From Podarcis erhardii (lineage: Eukaryota): a stretch of DNA of 64,000 nt. Below the pieces are notes generated by a model that saw only the letters and a program-made list of their open reading frames with translations, was not told where the DNA came from and made no database searches. The stretch lies in assembly GCA_964252035.1 (NCBI GenBank), contig OZ176201.1. The stretch is one strand, 5' to 3'. This document shows, piece by piece, positions 37,935 through 50,247 of this stretch (position 1 is the first letter of the stretch; each line of letters starts with the position of its first letter). A program made the position numbers and the translations under genes.

Positions 37935-38150
37935 TGTCACGGACTATCCAGATGCAGGGGAGTGGTAGGAGGCACCAGCTGGGGAACCCCCAAGGGAACC
38001 TGCAGGAGAAGAAAGCTCAGAGCCAGGGGACTAGTGGTGGGATGGTGAGTAGTCAGAGGGAGAATACTGGGAGGAGGCAGAATTGGAAATTGAAAAGGCA
38101 ACAGGGTTTAGTGAGCAGGATGAAGCTGGGGCAGAAAGGAGTCCAGAACT
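37935..38150 (+). mobile_element. 5' part of the same LTR-like family as 5346-5914
   Basis: Starts TGTCACGGAC; shares GGAGGCACCAG, GCCAGGGGACT.GTGGTGGGA, GTCAGAGGGAGAA and AGGGTTTAGTGA.CAGGA with the first copy. Confidence 0.7.
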
Positions 38151-39574
38151 AACTTTGGCCTATTAATTTGAATGGGTCTACTCTGAGTAAAAGTGACTTG
38201 AAAGCAAGCTTATAAGTACTTTGCAGTCCTGCAATAAAATATGTAGCTTGAATGTGATTTTATATATTTATATTATATATATATATACACACACACACAC
38301 AAACTAGATTTTATACTATGGTTTTCTTCTTGTTTTACTTACCCACTTAAATAAAATCAGTGGAACAGAATATTTCTAAGATTAGGCTGGATCATGCGTG
38401 TTGCCCATTATTTCCTGTGAGTATGTTTGAGACAAGCCTTTGCAATTTAGGCAGATGTCCCGAATGTAATCCGTTCTAGAATTCTGATGTTAAGTGGTCT
38501 TGCCCAGAACAAATTAACTGTTCAGTTTACAGATACACAACTGTTTTCTTTTCTATTTCCCAAGTAACCATGGTAAAAAGATTGAATGTCCCAAATTATT
38601 TAGACAGAAAATTGTTTCTAAGTGAAATGTTATTGGCATGTCCCAAAAGAAATCACACTGCTCTTGTATTCATTGAACATAATGACTCCTTTTAAAATTA
38701 TTCTTTAATAATGACTTTTACTGTTCAGTTGGAAACTGCCTCCAGAGTTCCTTCCCAATCTTCTTAATTATTAGATTACTCATGTCCTCATGTTGGTGGC
38801 CGGGTTGTCTTCTTCTGTATCTGAAAGATGAGTTAAAGGTCCCTCAAAGAAGCATAGATAGATAGACAGATAGAGATAAGCAGATGGGCCTTACTTATAT
38901 GGAAGTTCTCCCATGCATCAGAGTGCTCTTGTGTAATTTCCATTCATATTGATGGAACTTCCATATAGGTCATGCCACCTCTCTTGATTTGATTGCACAA
39001 ATGGCACTGGAACTCATTCTACAAGGCAAAAACATCCTTGCTGATAAAGCAGAGCGGAGTCATATCCTTGTTGCAGAGGCATACAAAGGGAGAAAGGGGT
39101 ATGGTACCCATCTAAACTTGAGAGCTGGCTTGGCACCCAAGCTCATGGGTGGACAAATAGTTCAAACTATTTTTGGTAGCACAGGCAGGCACCTAAGATG
39201 TCTCCACCCTGGATTTAATTGCAGCAAAAGCTTACCCTGATTATATTCACATTCATTATAAACTGCTTTTGAGTTCCAGCAGAAGCACACCTTGGTTAGA
39301 TAAATTTGGGGAGGAAAGTCTTTCATCTGGTATTTGTCATGTTAACCAAGCCAAAGCTCCAAGTCCAGAGGCAGTGTAGTACCTCTGACTATCAGATGCT
39401 GTGCCCAACAACAGGCAAGGTCATCCCATTTGTGTGAACTTGGGCTAGCTACTGCTGGAAGTATCCTGGTCTAGATGGATGTTTGATCTGAGCCAACAAT
39501 AGAAATTCTTATTACAGCCAGATCCTAGACATGCCTTCTTGAACTTGTGTCCCACAGCGTTCAGTGATACTTTC

Positions 39575-39644
39575 ACTGCAATCCTATGAACAAATCCCAT
39601 TGAGCTCAATGGGAGTTCTGGGTGGATGTATATAGGATTGCGCT
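39575..39644. mobile_element. Short hairpin repeat (GCAATCCTA...TAGGATTGC family)
   Basis: Inverted termini GCAATCCTA 39578-39586 and TAGGATTGC 39633-39641 around CCCATTGAGCTCAATGGG; other copies at 22275, 39955 and in the MSX2 intron. Confidence 0.65.
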
Positions 39645-41875
39645 GCTGTGCTGCAATTATTTGGGGAAAAGCTCCATTGAACACTCTGGGACATACTTAT
39701 GAGCAAGCATGCAAAGGACTCCCAACTATGCCTAGGCTTGTCAGATGGCAGATTGACAGCTCTGGGCATCAGACCAGGAAATGTCAGTGCTCTTTTTGAA
39801 AAGGATTCCTCTTTCCTTGACTTGCAGTTCCGAAGACAAGGCAACCTCTTCCCAAACATATAGCTACCCCTCCCCAATCCACCTGGTCATATTTATTAAT
39901 TTTATTTCAAAATCCGGGAAGGGCTTCTAACTCCCAGAGTTCATTAATTGAAGGCTGCAAACTTATATACAAATGGGGGGGGGGTCCCATTGAACTCAGT
40001 GAGACTTACTTTGAGTAGACATGCTTGCTTGCACTACATCAGTCTGGGTACTCGGGGAGCTCCAGCCAACCACCATGCCAACCTTCACTGGCCCACTCAG
40101 ACTTGCCTATACTCGAGTTCAGCCGGTTTTCTTCCCGCAGAAGCGGGCTGTAGAATTGCTACTTCACTTCCTTGTAAGCGCGTAAAAGGTGGCAACCAAA
40201 TGGGGAATCAACTGGCTTTTGGCGCAAGATCTCCTTTCGTGAAGGTTTAAGAATGCGTGGTAGTCCGTGAAAACAATTTATTATAAAATCCCAACACCAC
40301 AGAAACAGCCACCCGTCGAGGAGAGCGCCGTCTAGGGATTCAAGCTCCGCGCAGGAAGCCAATAACAATTAACTTGTGAGGGGCAACGCGATCCTAATTC
40401 ACAGGGCGCCTCACTTCCTGAATTGAATGGAAGAATCTGGGAGCTCGGCGGTTTCCAGAGGTCACAAGGCCAAGTTTGCATTGACTAAACGGAGATAAGC
40501 GGGGATCCACCACGGCCAGAGATTCCGGGTGGATGAAACTGTCTTAGTGAGCATCGGCGTCCTTCCTTCCAAGCGGAGTCTTTGCTCGGATTCTCTCTCT
40601 TGCCGAGTTCAGAGGCAGCGTGTCCTCGGATGCCAGCTCCTGGGAAGCGACAGCTGGGTCTTTGGGCCTATCGCTGCGTTCAAGCTTTGGTTTTCCCTGG
40701 GAGGATCTGGCTGTGGGGAAACTAGCTGGATCCAAGCAGGAAGTCTGCGCCTGTTGGTTTTCTGCCTGGCATACAGTCCTTTAGCGCGTAGCTCTGCTTC
40801 CAGGGAATGCGACCAGAATCGCACGTTGAGGCAGAAGCGAAAGGGCAGAATTCGTCTTGTTTTTAATAAGATTACCCAAAGGTCTACTGTTAGCGAAACT
40901 GCAGAGAGCTGAATACGGTTTTATAAATTTGACAATATATTGCATTTTTGTTTGCTTGTTTTGTAACCAAGGGCACTTGACTGTTTCTACAAGCCCGGTA
41001 GGCTTGGCTAAAGTCCACTCGTTCAACCTGCTACATTTCGTGGAGCCCAAAACGCCAGTTTGTTGCTTGTCAGTTTCTAAGAATTGGATGGTGACTTTCA
41101 GCCACAGGGCATAACAAACCTGCACACAAACAACGTGAAGCCGCTTTAAGTCCGAGTATTTGCTTAATGGTGTGTTTCCTGTACCTCTCACCCACCTGCA
41201 GCCTGATCTAGTGCCAAAGTAGGCGGGAGCAATCCCACCCCGTGAGCTTTCCTTATGACTGTTATTAATATTCCTATTACTCCATCCTCCGTCCCGCAAT
41301 CTCAGAACCCACACAGCTCGGTCGAACTGGTTGATGTGGTTGCAGATCGGGCAGGCGGGGCAGCCAGAGAATCTCAGGTACGGCAGCCTGCCTTTCCCGT
41401 CAACGAGTCCCATCAGTCCGCCCATGGGGACAAGTTGCGACTAATGGGATGGCACAGATTGTACTACAGATTGACTGTAAATGGGATCCACACACACGTA
41501 AATCAACCCTAAGGCTGAACGTGTTATTGCGTCCGAATAAGTGTAAAAAAATTTGCACGCGCGCAAAAGCAGCTGAGGCTCCAATGCACCCCCGCTCTGA
41601 CCGTACAAGTCTCGCAGTCGTGGATTCTTCCTCGAATATTTTGAAGCTAAAGCTGGGTGGTCACTTATCCGGGATGCTACTGTAGCGGGTTTCCTGCATC
41701 CGGAAGCAGGATGGACTAAATGCTCTTTCCAACTCCAACTCCAAGTTTTACTCCCAGACACATGTTCCCTAGAACAGGTCTCTTGCAGCAGTAGAGGTTA
41801 TGCCACAAATCTGCCACGGGTTTCCTTTCTGGGTGTGTGTTTACTTCTCTAAATGCTACCTAAATGCATAGGGTT

Positions 41876-41953
41876 CATAGCTGTCAACGTTTCCCTTTTC
41901 TTGCGAGGAATAAGGGAATTTCCCTTTAAAAAGGGGAAACGTTGACAGCTATG
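41876..41953. mobile_element. hAT micro-MITE, 78 bp
   Basis: TIRs of about 24 bp (CATAGCTGTCAACGTTTCCC / GGGAAACGTTGACAGCTATG); perfect 8-bp TSD ATAGGGTT at 41868-41875 and 41954-41961. Confidence 0.92.
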
Positions 41954-42450
41954 ATAGGGTTGCAGCGCTGCCCCAGTGAGAAAGTCCACGGCCTTGACTT
42001 TCTTCCGCCTTCTTAACTTTGGTTGCCTTTGAAAGGGGCTCAAGACTCAATGAAACCAATTCTCCTCCTAATTTCTAGGACCTCTTCTAAGAAACAGAGA
42101 CTAAGCCACCTTGGACTCAGCGGGATTCAAACGCGCGAACGACCATTAGCCAATAAGCAGAGTAAACTTTTCCTTGAAGGATAGGAAATCTAGGACCCTA
42201 AACATAGATACTTGGAAGCAAGTTTCACTGAAATCCATATCCCAGTAAATTTGTTGAGCCTGGAGAGGACGGGGGAGATCCTTCACGTTAAGGGCAACAA
42301 ATATTGTGTCTTCTTGCGCCATCCTCTTTCTAGAAACCCTCTTATTAGGGGCATCCAATTTTGCCATTTGTTGTTGGATATATATTATATGGAGGTAGGG
42401 GTGTCAACTAAAGGTTATGAAAAGCAAGAGCCTGGGGCCAACTCTGACAC

Positions 42451-42625
42451 GCCAGGGCTCAGTAGCAGATCATCTGCTTTGCCCGCAGAAGATCCCAGGT
42501 GTCTCCAGCTAGGTCTGGAAATGTCCTCTGTCTGACTACAACCTTGAAGAGCCGCTACAAGCCAGTGTCGACATTGCGAACCTAGATGGGCCAATGGTCT
42601 GACTCAGAAAAGCTCCCTCTATTCC
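42451..42625 (+). mobile_element. tRNA-derived SINE with CR1-type tail
   Basis: GCTCAGTAGCAGATCATCTGCTTTG...AGAAGATCCCAGGT...GAGCCGCT...CTAGATGGGCCAATGGTCTGACTCAG; a decayed relative lies near 11690-11790. Confidence 0.7.
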
Positions 42626-45600
42626 CTTGACTGTTTTAGTAAAAAGCTTAAGTACGCTATGACCAATAAAGTAGCAACTGACCACATTAAAAAACAATCT
42701 TCCTGTCTTTGCTATATGCTAACACTTGCAATGGAAGGCAAATCCTTGGTCTCGATTAAGCCCTAAAAACGAAGGAATCCTTCGAAAAAGCGGCGTGCCG
42801 CCGGTACTACAGCGCCCAGCTGGCGTCCAGGCATATATGGACGAGTCCTCTGAAGTTCAAAGTAGGTTATACAGCACTGTACAACTGTTAGTGAACCAAG
42901 AGACCAAATCCTCAGACCGCTGGTCGAATTGGGAAGCTGGCTGGGGCGGGGGAGCCAGCCTCCTTCGTTTCGGACGTGAGTTCCTGTTAGTTAGGAGGCT
43001 ACCGGGGATCACGATACTGTTACCACTGTGGGAGGGGGCTCAGGGGCTCTCAGCGCTAAGCCGGGCTCGGAGCTTGTGGTTTTCATTAAGCGGTCCCTTG
43101 TCTCCCCCTCCCAATAATCTGAGCCCTGCCTAAAACCGGAATTCAACTTCAAGGTCATTTCGTCCTGGCACCCCCCCCCCCACCCTGACAGCGTCTCTTC
43201 CTTAGCCAAGAGCTCCCGCTTGGTTCAGAAAGGTTCAAGCCCTACGAGGAAACTGGAGAGCGCGGGCGCAGGATGCCAGCAGCGTTTGGGAGAGGAGAAA
43301 TGGGTTCAGAAAAAAAAGTCCATTGCCAGCGATGGGTAAACTGAGGCAAGCCACGCCCCTCCGACCAGGGAGCTCGCCTGAAATGGCAATGACTTCAGCT
43401 GGGAAATCTCCTTTCCTAAACAAAATTAACTGTGCGAACGTTAGGTAAAACTGCGAAGAAACGATGCTTTGATTTAGACTTGGGACTAGATCTGATTCTT
43501 GTATTCACAGTCCTAAGGCTGAAGCCGCCCGGAGGCGCATTTCTCTAGGAATCCGATCCACAACCATCAGGAAGCCCGTTTGCACTGCGAACGCTTAATA
43601 TGGAGCTTTGATAATAAAGTCCTTGGAAATGATCAGTTTCTTCCTAAACTGCGGGATTAGGATCCAGGACAAGCTCCGCAAGAGTGCTGTGAAAAAATCA
43701 AAGGGGTTACTCTAGAGTAAACGAATAGAGAGTAGCAGCCTGAGTAATGAAGCGATGTCCCCCAGGTTTGGGAAACAGGTATATTTAGTATCCGAGTGCG
43801 GGTATTTCAATAGAACTATAACACACTAAAGGTTTGAGCAATAAAAATAATTAAAATACTCTCTTTATAAAAAAAGAAGAAGTCGATGATCTTGTGTTCA
43901 TTCGCGTTTAGCCCTTATTTCTTAATGGACTTCATACTCCTGTTTACAACGGGCAGGGATTTGGGGAGCACTTATTTTAATAGTAGGATGTGTCTAATGA
44001 TATAAGCCCCAAAAATGCGGTATAGCGAGCTGGAAGGGAAATGAACAGAACGCAGAAAAGGTGGGGGTTGAGGCGCTTGCACGTTTTACCTGCCTTCCGC
44101 TCCCCCTCTCGCAATTGACTTGGCGCTTTAAAGAAAACGAAACGAGGAGGGTGCCAACGAGGGATCGTAGGACTCTTGGTGAGCCGGGAAGGAACGGGAA
44201 TATCGAGAAAATCTCTAAAAGTTTAATACGCGTTTTGAAAAAAGAGGCCACTGGCAGCCTCTAACCCTGCTCGGTTCAGTCACTGTTTTTGTAAATAAAA
44301 CGATTACGTCGTTCGTTGATTCCCCCAACCTTCATTCGTAGAAACCAGCGCATTCTAGCTTATGTCACAGCAGGTGCAACAATTGCTTTCATAAAAACTC
44401 GATTGCGTCGAGTGAAGGGGAGGGAGAGAGAATTTTCGGTGTGTCACTAATGTGGAAGAGGAGGAGGAGGAGGAGTTTTTCCCAAAACCAATCTTCGTGG
44501 TACAAAAAGTAGCGTTCTAGGAGCGAACTGAATTCAATTGGTGGAGGGACCCAAAGGAGGAAACTGCCCCTTGCCATCGCTTGCCGGAACTGCGAAGTTC
44601 CCTTTCATCTCCTCCGGGCCCCCACTCCCAAACTAGGCTTGAAATGGATCCGCCTTAGCCGCAGGCTGCGTGTATGTGCTGCTTTTTCATTTTTGTTTTG
44701 GCTCTGAGGAAGAGCTTTGTGTCACCTGAAAGCTTTGTTCCCACTGTTCTGAGACCAGGTGGTAGCATTTTTTGCTGAGAGTCATCGTCTTCTTCGGTGG
44801 CGCTGGCTAGTGCAAGCCGGCAACTGCACGGTGAGTGCAGGAGAAACGCGCTTTGGGCTGCGCTCACATCTCTTCCATAAGGAGAATCATGATGCCTCTA
44901 ACAATAATAACATACAAATACGTACTACAGCAGTCATGTGAACCCTTTAGCTTTCTTTTACACCCAAGATCTCGAACGCATAATAAGAACATTAATAATA
45001 ACAAAGGCTTACAAAAGCGAGGCTTTGAGCCCACCAAGCTGCCTCGCTGGGCAACACCAGGAATGATCACTCTGAAAGCCCCACTTTTTGCTTTATATAA
45101 CAGAGACTGGAACATAATTGAGATGGATGAGGGGCAATTTCTGGACCAACTTCTGACACCTACATGTTTACTCAGAAGCTTATTTGGTGGGAATTCCTTT
45201 CAAGTTCAGGTGCAAACGGAAGCCGCCCAAATTCTTCAATGTCTTGGGGGGGGTTGCGAGGGGGCGGGGCGGGGGGATACTAGATCCAGCGTCCCTCAGA
45301 GGCTTCCTCCTGATTTCCAACAAGCAACGCGTTGCAGATCGGCGCGTCCGTTTAAATCTTTGCTGACAAGTGCCAGGATCCGCCCAGTGTTTTCCTGCGC
45401 AGCCCAGAAGCTTTCGCGGTGGTGGGCGACTTTTGCAGCCCCCATCTTCAACAGAAATGGAAAACCCTCTGAGTTCAAGGAGACAAGGCAGTGCGATCCT
45501 CGCTATAGAAGAGTCTTCGCTCCCCGCCCCCCCCCCGCCCCTCCCTGCCATGGAAATAGATCTCCCAATTGTATACAATTGCATGCAATTGTAAAGAAAG

Positions 45601-45940
45601 AAAATCCTTGTTCGGAGACAATTTGCATTGAGGTGGAGGGATGGCTCTAATTCCATAACGAGTATGTAACCAATATTGTTGCCCGTTGACAGCCACGAAC
45701 GGGAATCTAGATTGTTGTTGTCAGAGGAGACAGAGGCGAATGAAAGCACCCCAGGTTGGCTGCCTTGCTTTACCGGAGGGGCGCCGCCAAGGGAGGGAGC
45801 GCAGGAGGGACTGCCCTTCAAGGTGTTTCGGTTCACACGTCCTTCCTGTCCTGGAGAATCCCCTCTCGGTTTGGGGCTCCATCCTCTGCGACTTTCGTCA
45901 CGAACAAGCCAATGAGCAGATGCGCGTCGAATGCACAAAG

Positions 45941-46056
45941 CAGCGGTAGGCAACGTGGTGCCCCCCATACCTTTTGTACAGCAACTCTCAACATCCCCGG
46001 CTATTGCCTATGCTGGCTGAGAGCTGCTGGGAGTTGTTACCCAACACCCTGACCCA
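45941..46056. mobile_element. Palindromic hAT-like MITE copy inside the CpG domain
   Basis: CAGCGGTAGGCAACGTGGTGCCCC start; CAACTCTCAACATCCCC...GCTGGGAGTTGTT arms. Confidence 0.55.
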
Positions 46057-46389
46057 TAGCAGGAGGGCAGGAAAAAGAAGGACATGGTTGGCTGGTCTTG
46101 ACAACTTAGCTGTAGCTTCTGTGAAGAATACAATGTGAGCAGGACAGAATATTTCCCCTTCTTTTTTCCTTTTAACTTTTGTTGAATGATCACATCCATT
46201 TCCAATAGTACATAACCAAAAAGCAAAAGACAACTTTCCAGCAATCATTTCGGCATAAGGCATACATAAGACTGATAAAGCAACCCTATACAGTATAATA
46301 ATGTCCACCCAAAGCGTAAACATACTGGGTGTGAGACCGGAAGGAAAGTAGAAATAATAATAATAATATATTTATAGATAATGATAATA

Positions 46390-46410
46390 ATATAGATGGG
46401 CGGGATGGTA

Positions 46411-46459
<49 letters not shown>

Positions 46460-46480
46460 TACCACCCCGCCCATCTATAT
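46390..46480. repeat. 21-bp inverted repeat enclosing an (ATT)n microsatellite
   Basis: ATATAGATGGGCGGGATGGTA (46390-46410) and TACCACCCCGCCCATCTATAT (46460-46480), 20/21 complementary. Confidence 0.9.
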
Positions 46481-47899
46481 ATGATCAATACCAAATAAAA
46501 CAAAACTTAGGAGGCACCTGCCAGCCACCGGTCTGCTTCTTCCCATAAGTCAAAAATGCCCACCATACAAATGTTTACAAAAAAATGCAGTGTATTTTTC
46601 AGATGAGGTTCCAATCCTTCCTAGACAGCACTCATTGCACTCATTGGGATTTATTTCGGATGCGCCATGATTAGGCTCCTGCTCTTAACCTCCAGGTTGT
46701 CTTTAAAGGTTAGAGTTCAAACCTGCGAGGGATTTTCCCACCACCCTTACTGAAAACATTTATATACAGAGAGAGAGAGAGAGATGAATGGCTTGGATTG
46801 ACAAAGAACTGAAAATCGGGTTCCCCCTCTGCTGCAATCGTGTACACACACACACAGAGAGAGAAAGGCAACAAGCCAGGTTTCGGGAGCTAACTTCAAC
46901 GCACATCGCTCTCTGCCTTTAGTATTTCCTAGATCAGAAGCAGGAGACGCGGGAGGACCCTGGTCTTCCTCAAAAGCAACGTCACGCCGCCTTGAGAAGG
47001 CAGCGCGCGCAGCACAACGATCCTTGGCACGGTCCCCACCTGCTGGGCTGGGCCCGGTTTCCCTCCCCGCTGCCCAGATGCTGACAGCTCGAAACTTAGA
47101 ACTGTATAGACATAACAAGAACCAAGGGAAGCAAAAGAGGAAAGGCGAGGGGGGGGGATAGAGGGAAAGCCGGGCTTTGAAGCCGCGCGCAGAGACAGAA
47201 GCGCTTGTAAAGCAGGAGCTCCCATCCCTAGAAGGCTGTGATGTTTTCCATGCCTTTTCTTTCCCGCCCCCCTCCAATGTCTGAAGATAAATGCTCCAGA
47301 TATTACCTATAATTAAGGCTCTTTTCCACCGGCTCCGGCTCCTGCATTGTTGTTGGAAACGCGGGGAGGCGCGAGTGGGGGGCGGAGAGAGAAACTGACT
47401 TCTTAGGAAACTGACTAATGATCCCATTGACTCTGTGAAGATGGAGGCTCAGTCAATTTCATTCCTTTAGTTTGCAAGGAGATTGACATCTTGGAAAACG
47501 CGGGCCCGGGGGGGGGGGGCGACTTTAAAAAAAACCCCACTACTTCTGCTGAAACTGCTGTTGCTTTACAACAGCTTTATTTAGCGCTTCCAAAACAGTT
47601 CCCTTTAGTGGGGAGGCATCCCAAACAAAGGGTACCACTAGGAAAGGGGCAAGTGAGGGGCGCTGCTGTCCCAAGAACATAAGGCATCCAGCGGAGCTAC
47701 CTAGCTCAGCATCCTGCGGCCACTGAGCCCACAGCAAGCAGGACCTGAGAGAAAGAGCACTCCGGGGCCCGTATTCCCGGCAGCTGATGTTCAGGAGCTG
47801 GGGCTGCCTCTGGTCCCCCTGCAGATCCCGCCTATAATTTAATTTACAGTATTTCATAAAATTTATATACCGCTTGATTGTAGAAAAAGCCTCAAGGTA

Positions 47900-48130
47900 G
47901 CCCAGTCCTCCTTGGAATTGAGTTCATTTTAAAGCACTTGATTTAGTGCCCCCTTCCAATCTCCTGGTGGCGAATTCCACAATGTAATTATGGGCTTCCT
48001 TTTCTCTGTCCCGAATCTTCCCACATTTAGCTTCATCGCATGACCCCTCATTCTAGTATCATTCCATGCTTTGGGAACAAAATATAGCCTTCTGCATCAA
48101 GTTGCCATAATGTTTCTAAGGTCTTCTCTT
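47900..48130 (-). mobile_element. Old CR1 LINE fragment
   Basis: GGCGAATTCCACAATGTAATTATG...AATCTTCCCACATTTAGCTTCATCGCATGACCCCTCATTCTAGT is the reverse of the CR1 3' ORF2 region. Confidence 0.55.
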
Positions 48131-49538
48131 TCTTACTGAGTATTGGCGGGGGAAGGTGATTTCACAACCTTTGAAATTTAGGGGTACAGTGCAGCGCACG
48201 CGCGCACACATACACCCCACACAGAGAGAGAGAGAGAGAGAGATTGAGATTTGTTCTACCCTGGGTGATGTGTCATGCATCATTGTATACACCTTTGTTG
48301 TGACCCCCCAACTTCTCGCCTCCCCACTCTAAATTTTAAAAGCCCCAAATGTTAAAACCATTCCTAATACGTGAATTGTTGCAGCCCCCTCGATCATGTT
48401 GCTTATCCTTTTCTGTCCTTTCAGTAGCGCTAATATCGCCCTCCCTCTTGAATTGCGGCAACCAGCACACGGTGTTCCAAAAGAGACAGCACCAGCCCGG
48501 GTTTCGAATCACACGTGATTAAACATACATACATACAGCTGCCTCCTTCTGCGCGCTGACTGGCGCGTACGACGCAGAACGCGAGCCTATAGACCTTTAA
48601 TGTGTCTTCAATACGCAAGAGTACTTGGGAACGGATCTGGCGGCAGATATGTCTGTGTTTTCTAGGTGTGGAACCCAAAGGTCTGAATTCATATTCGTAT
48701 GTTGGTGACTCTTTGACCTGTATTGATTATGCTATTCTGAGGTATGGGGAGGTATATAACGCATGTTCTGCATTTCAGAACATGCGTTATGTACCTCACC
48801 ATTCTTCAAAACAGAAATATTCTGAAAGGCTGTTTCTGCAAGTTAACCTTGAACCCACCAAGTCTTTCTATTTGGCTAAGAAGAAATCGCACGCACGAAA
48901 TAGGAAATGGTCCTCAAACGTGGGAAAGGCTGATTCAGTGGAAAGCGGGGAGGGGCGCTCCAAAACCCACTGGATTTCAGCGGAGCATCCCAGCAACGTG
49001 TTTAGCATAGGGGTGGATCGCACCTCGAGAAAACCCGCACCTTCTAGTCCCATGTAAAGCATTTAGGTCTTAGAAACAGACGCATCTCCTGACAGTTCCA
49101 GTGGCTGCAGAAAAGAGAGCAATGATTTTCAAAAACCAGCGATGTTGCGGGTTTTGAGTGGAAGGGATATTGTTCTACTAGGGAGTTTTTAATTGTTTTT
49201 TTAAGGACCATTACTCCTGCTTAGTCGGGTTCTTTCCCCACTGCAATCCGTAGCCCTTACCCCTAAACGACATATCCATACCACTCCAGCCTTTGATCCT
49301 TCTGGCGCCCCCTCGCCCCATTTACACCAGATTCAGGCCCAGGAGCGCTTCGGGAGCCTCAGAGGCAGCCGGTCGGCCGCATGCGCCTCAGCACAGGGCG
49401 TGGGCATTCCTTCCTTATTAAAGATTTTTCCTAACAACAATAGAATAATTATGATCCTCAAGAGAGCAGCGTTCTCCCTCTTCCCGGCCTCCCGATGTCA
49501 ATCCAGATAGAGTCATCACGGGGTGGCTGCGCCTACAG

Positions 49539-49543
<5 letters not shown>

Positions 49544-49586
<43 letters not shown>

Positions 49587-49608
49587 CCTCCTCCTCCTCC
49601 TTCTCCTC
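49544..49608. repeat. (TC)n plus (CCT)n polypyrimidine tract
   Basis: About 39 bp of pure TC followed by CCT repeats. Confidence 0.95.
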
Positions 49609-49653
49609 TGGTACAAGAGCGCAGGAAGGTAAAAGTTAAATGGACTGGTTGGT

Positions 49654-49680
49654 TGCTGCTGCTGCTGCTGCTGCTGCTGC
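49654..49680. repeat. (TGC)9 trinucleotide repeat
   Basis: Nine perfect units (CAG on the minus strand). Confidence 0.95.
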
Positions 49681-50247
49681 CCTGGGGTGGGGGTAAGGAC
49701 GGGGGTTGCGGGGCGGGGCTGCCTGGGACGGGCCGCCGCTTCTGCTCTCTCTGGAGCCGGTCAAACTGCACAGCCACTTCCCCCAGGAGTTTCTCTTTCA
49801 TCTCCCCGCTGCTGGCGCCTGCAAACAGCCTCAGTTTGTCTGCAGCGTCTCTCCCGCCCTCCTCTCGCTCTCGCTCTCCCCCTTCGTCCTCGCCCCTCCT
49901 GCCTTCCCAGCCGCAGAGACTCCGGAGCAGGGCGCATATTTCCCAGCTGGTGTCATGGAGCAGAGAAGGGGCCGTCCGGGTGAGCCCCTCACCCACCCAT
50001 TCCCCGTGTGCCCGTGGGATATTGAAGGCAGATTGGCCCTCGCAGTGGCTTCTCTCTGCGAGAGGGAACCACCTGAAGGATCGTCGCATCACTGAACGGT
50101 CCTGTGGTGATCTTGCGATCCTTTCCTGCCCTTTGTTAAAGGGTCTTCGCACTGTGCGCTCTAATAACATTAAAACGAGAGTCAATGATTGCCATCGGAA
50201 CCGGGATACAGAATACGTCCCCTTCCATTGGGGTAGGGGAGCTTTGC

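Noticed and set aside
40781-45968. ORFs of 214, 271 and 262 aa in the CpG domain
   Set aside because: No family resemblance, overlapping on both strands, and no exon-like splice context.
49618-49628. Possible 11-nt micro-exon (polypyrimidine tract, AG|AGCGCAGGAAG|GTAAAA)
   Set aside because: The pyrimidine tract is a microsatellite and there is no evidence for a host transcript; such motifs arise by chance.
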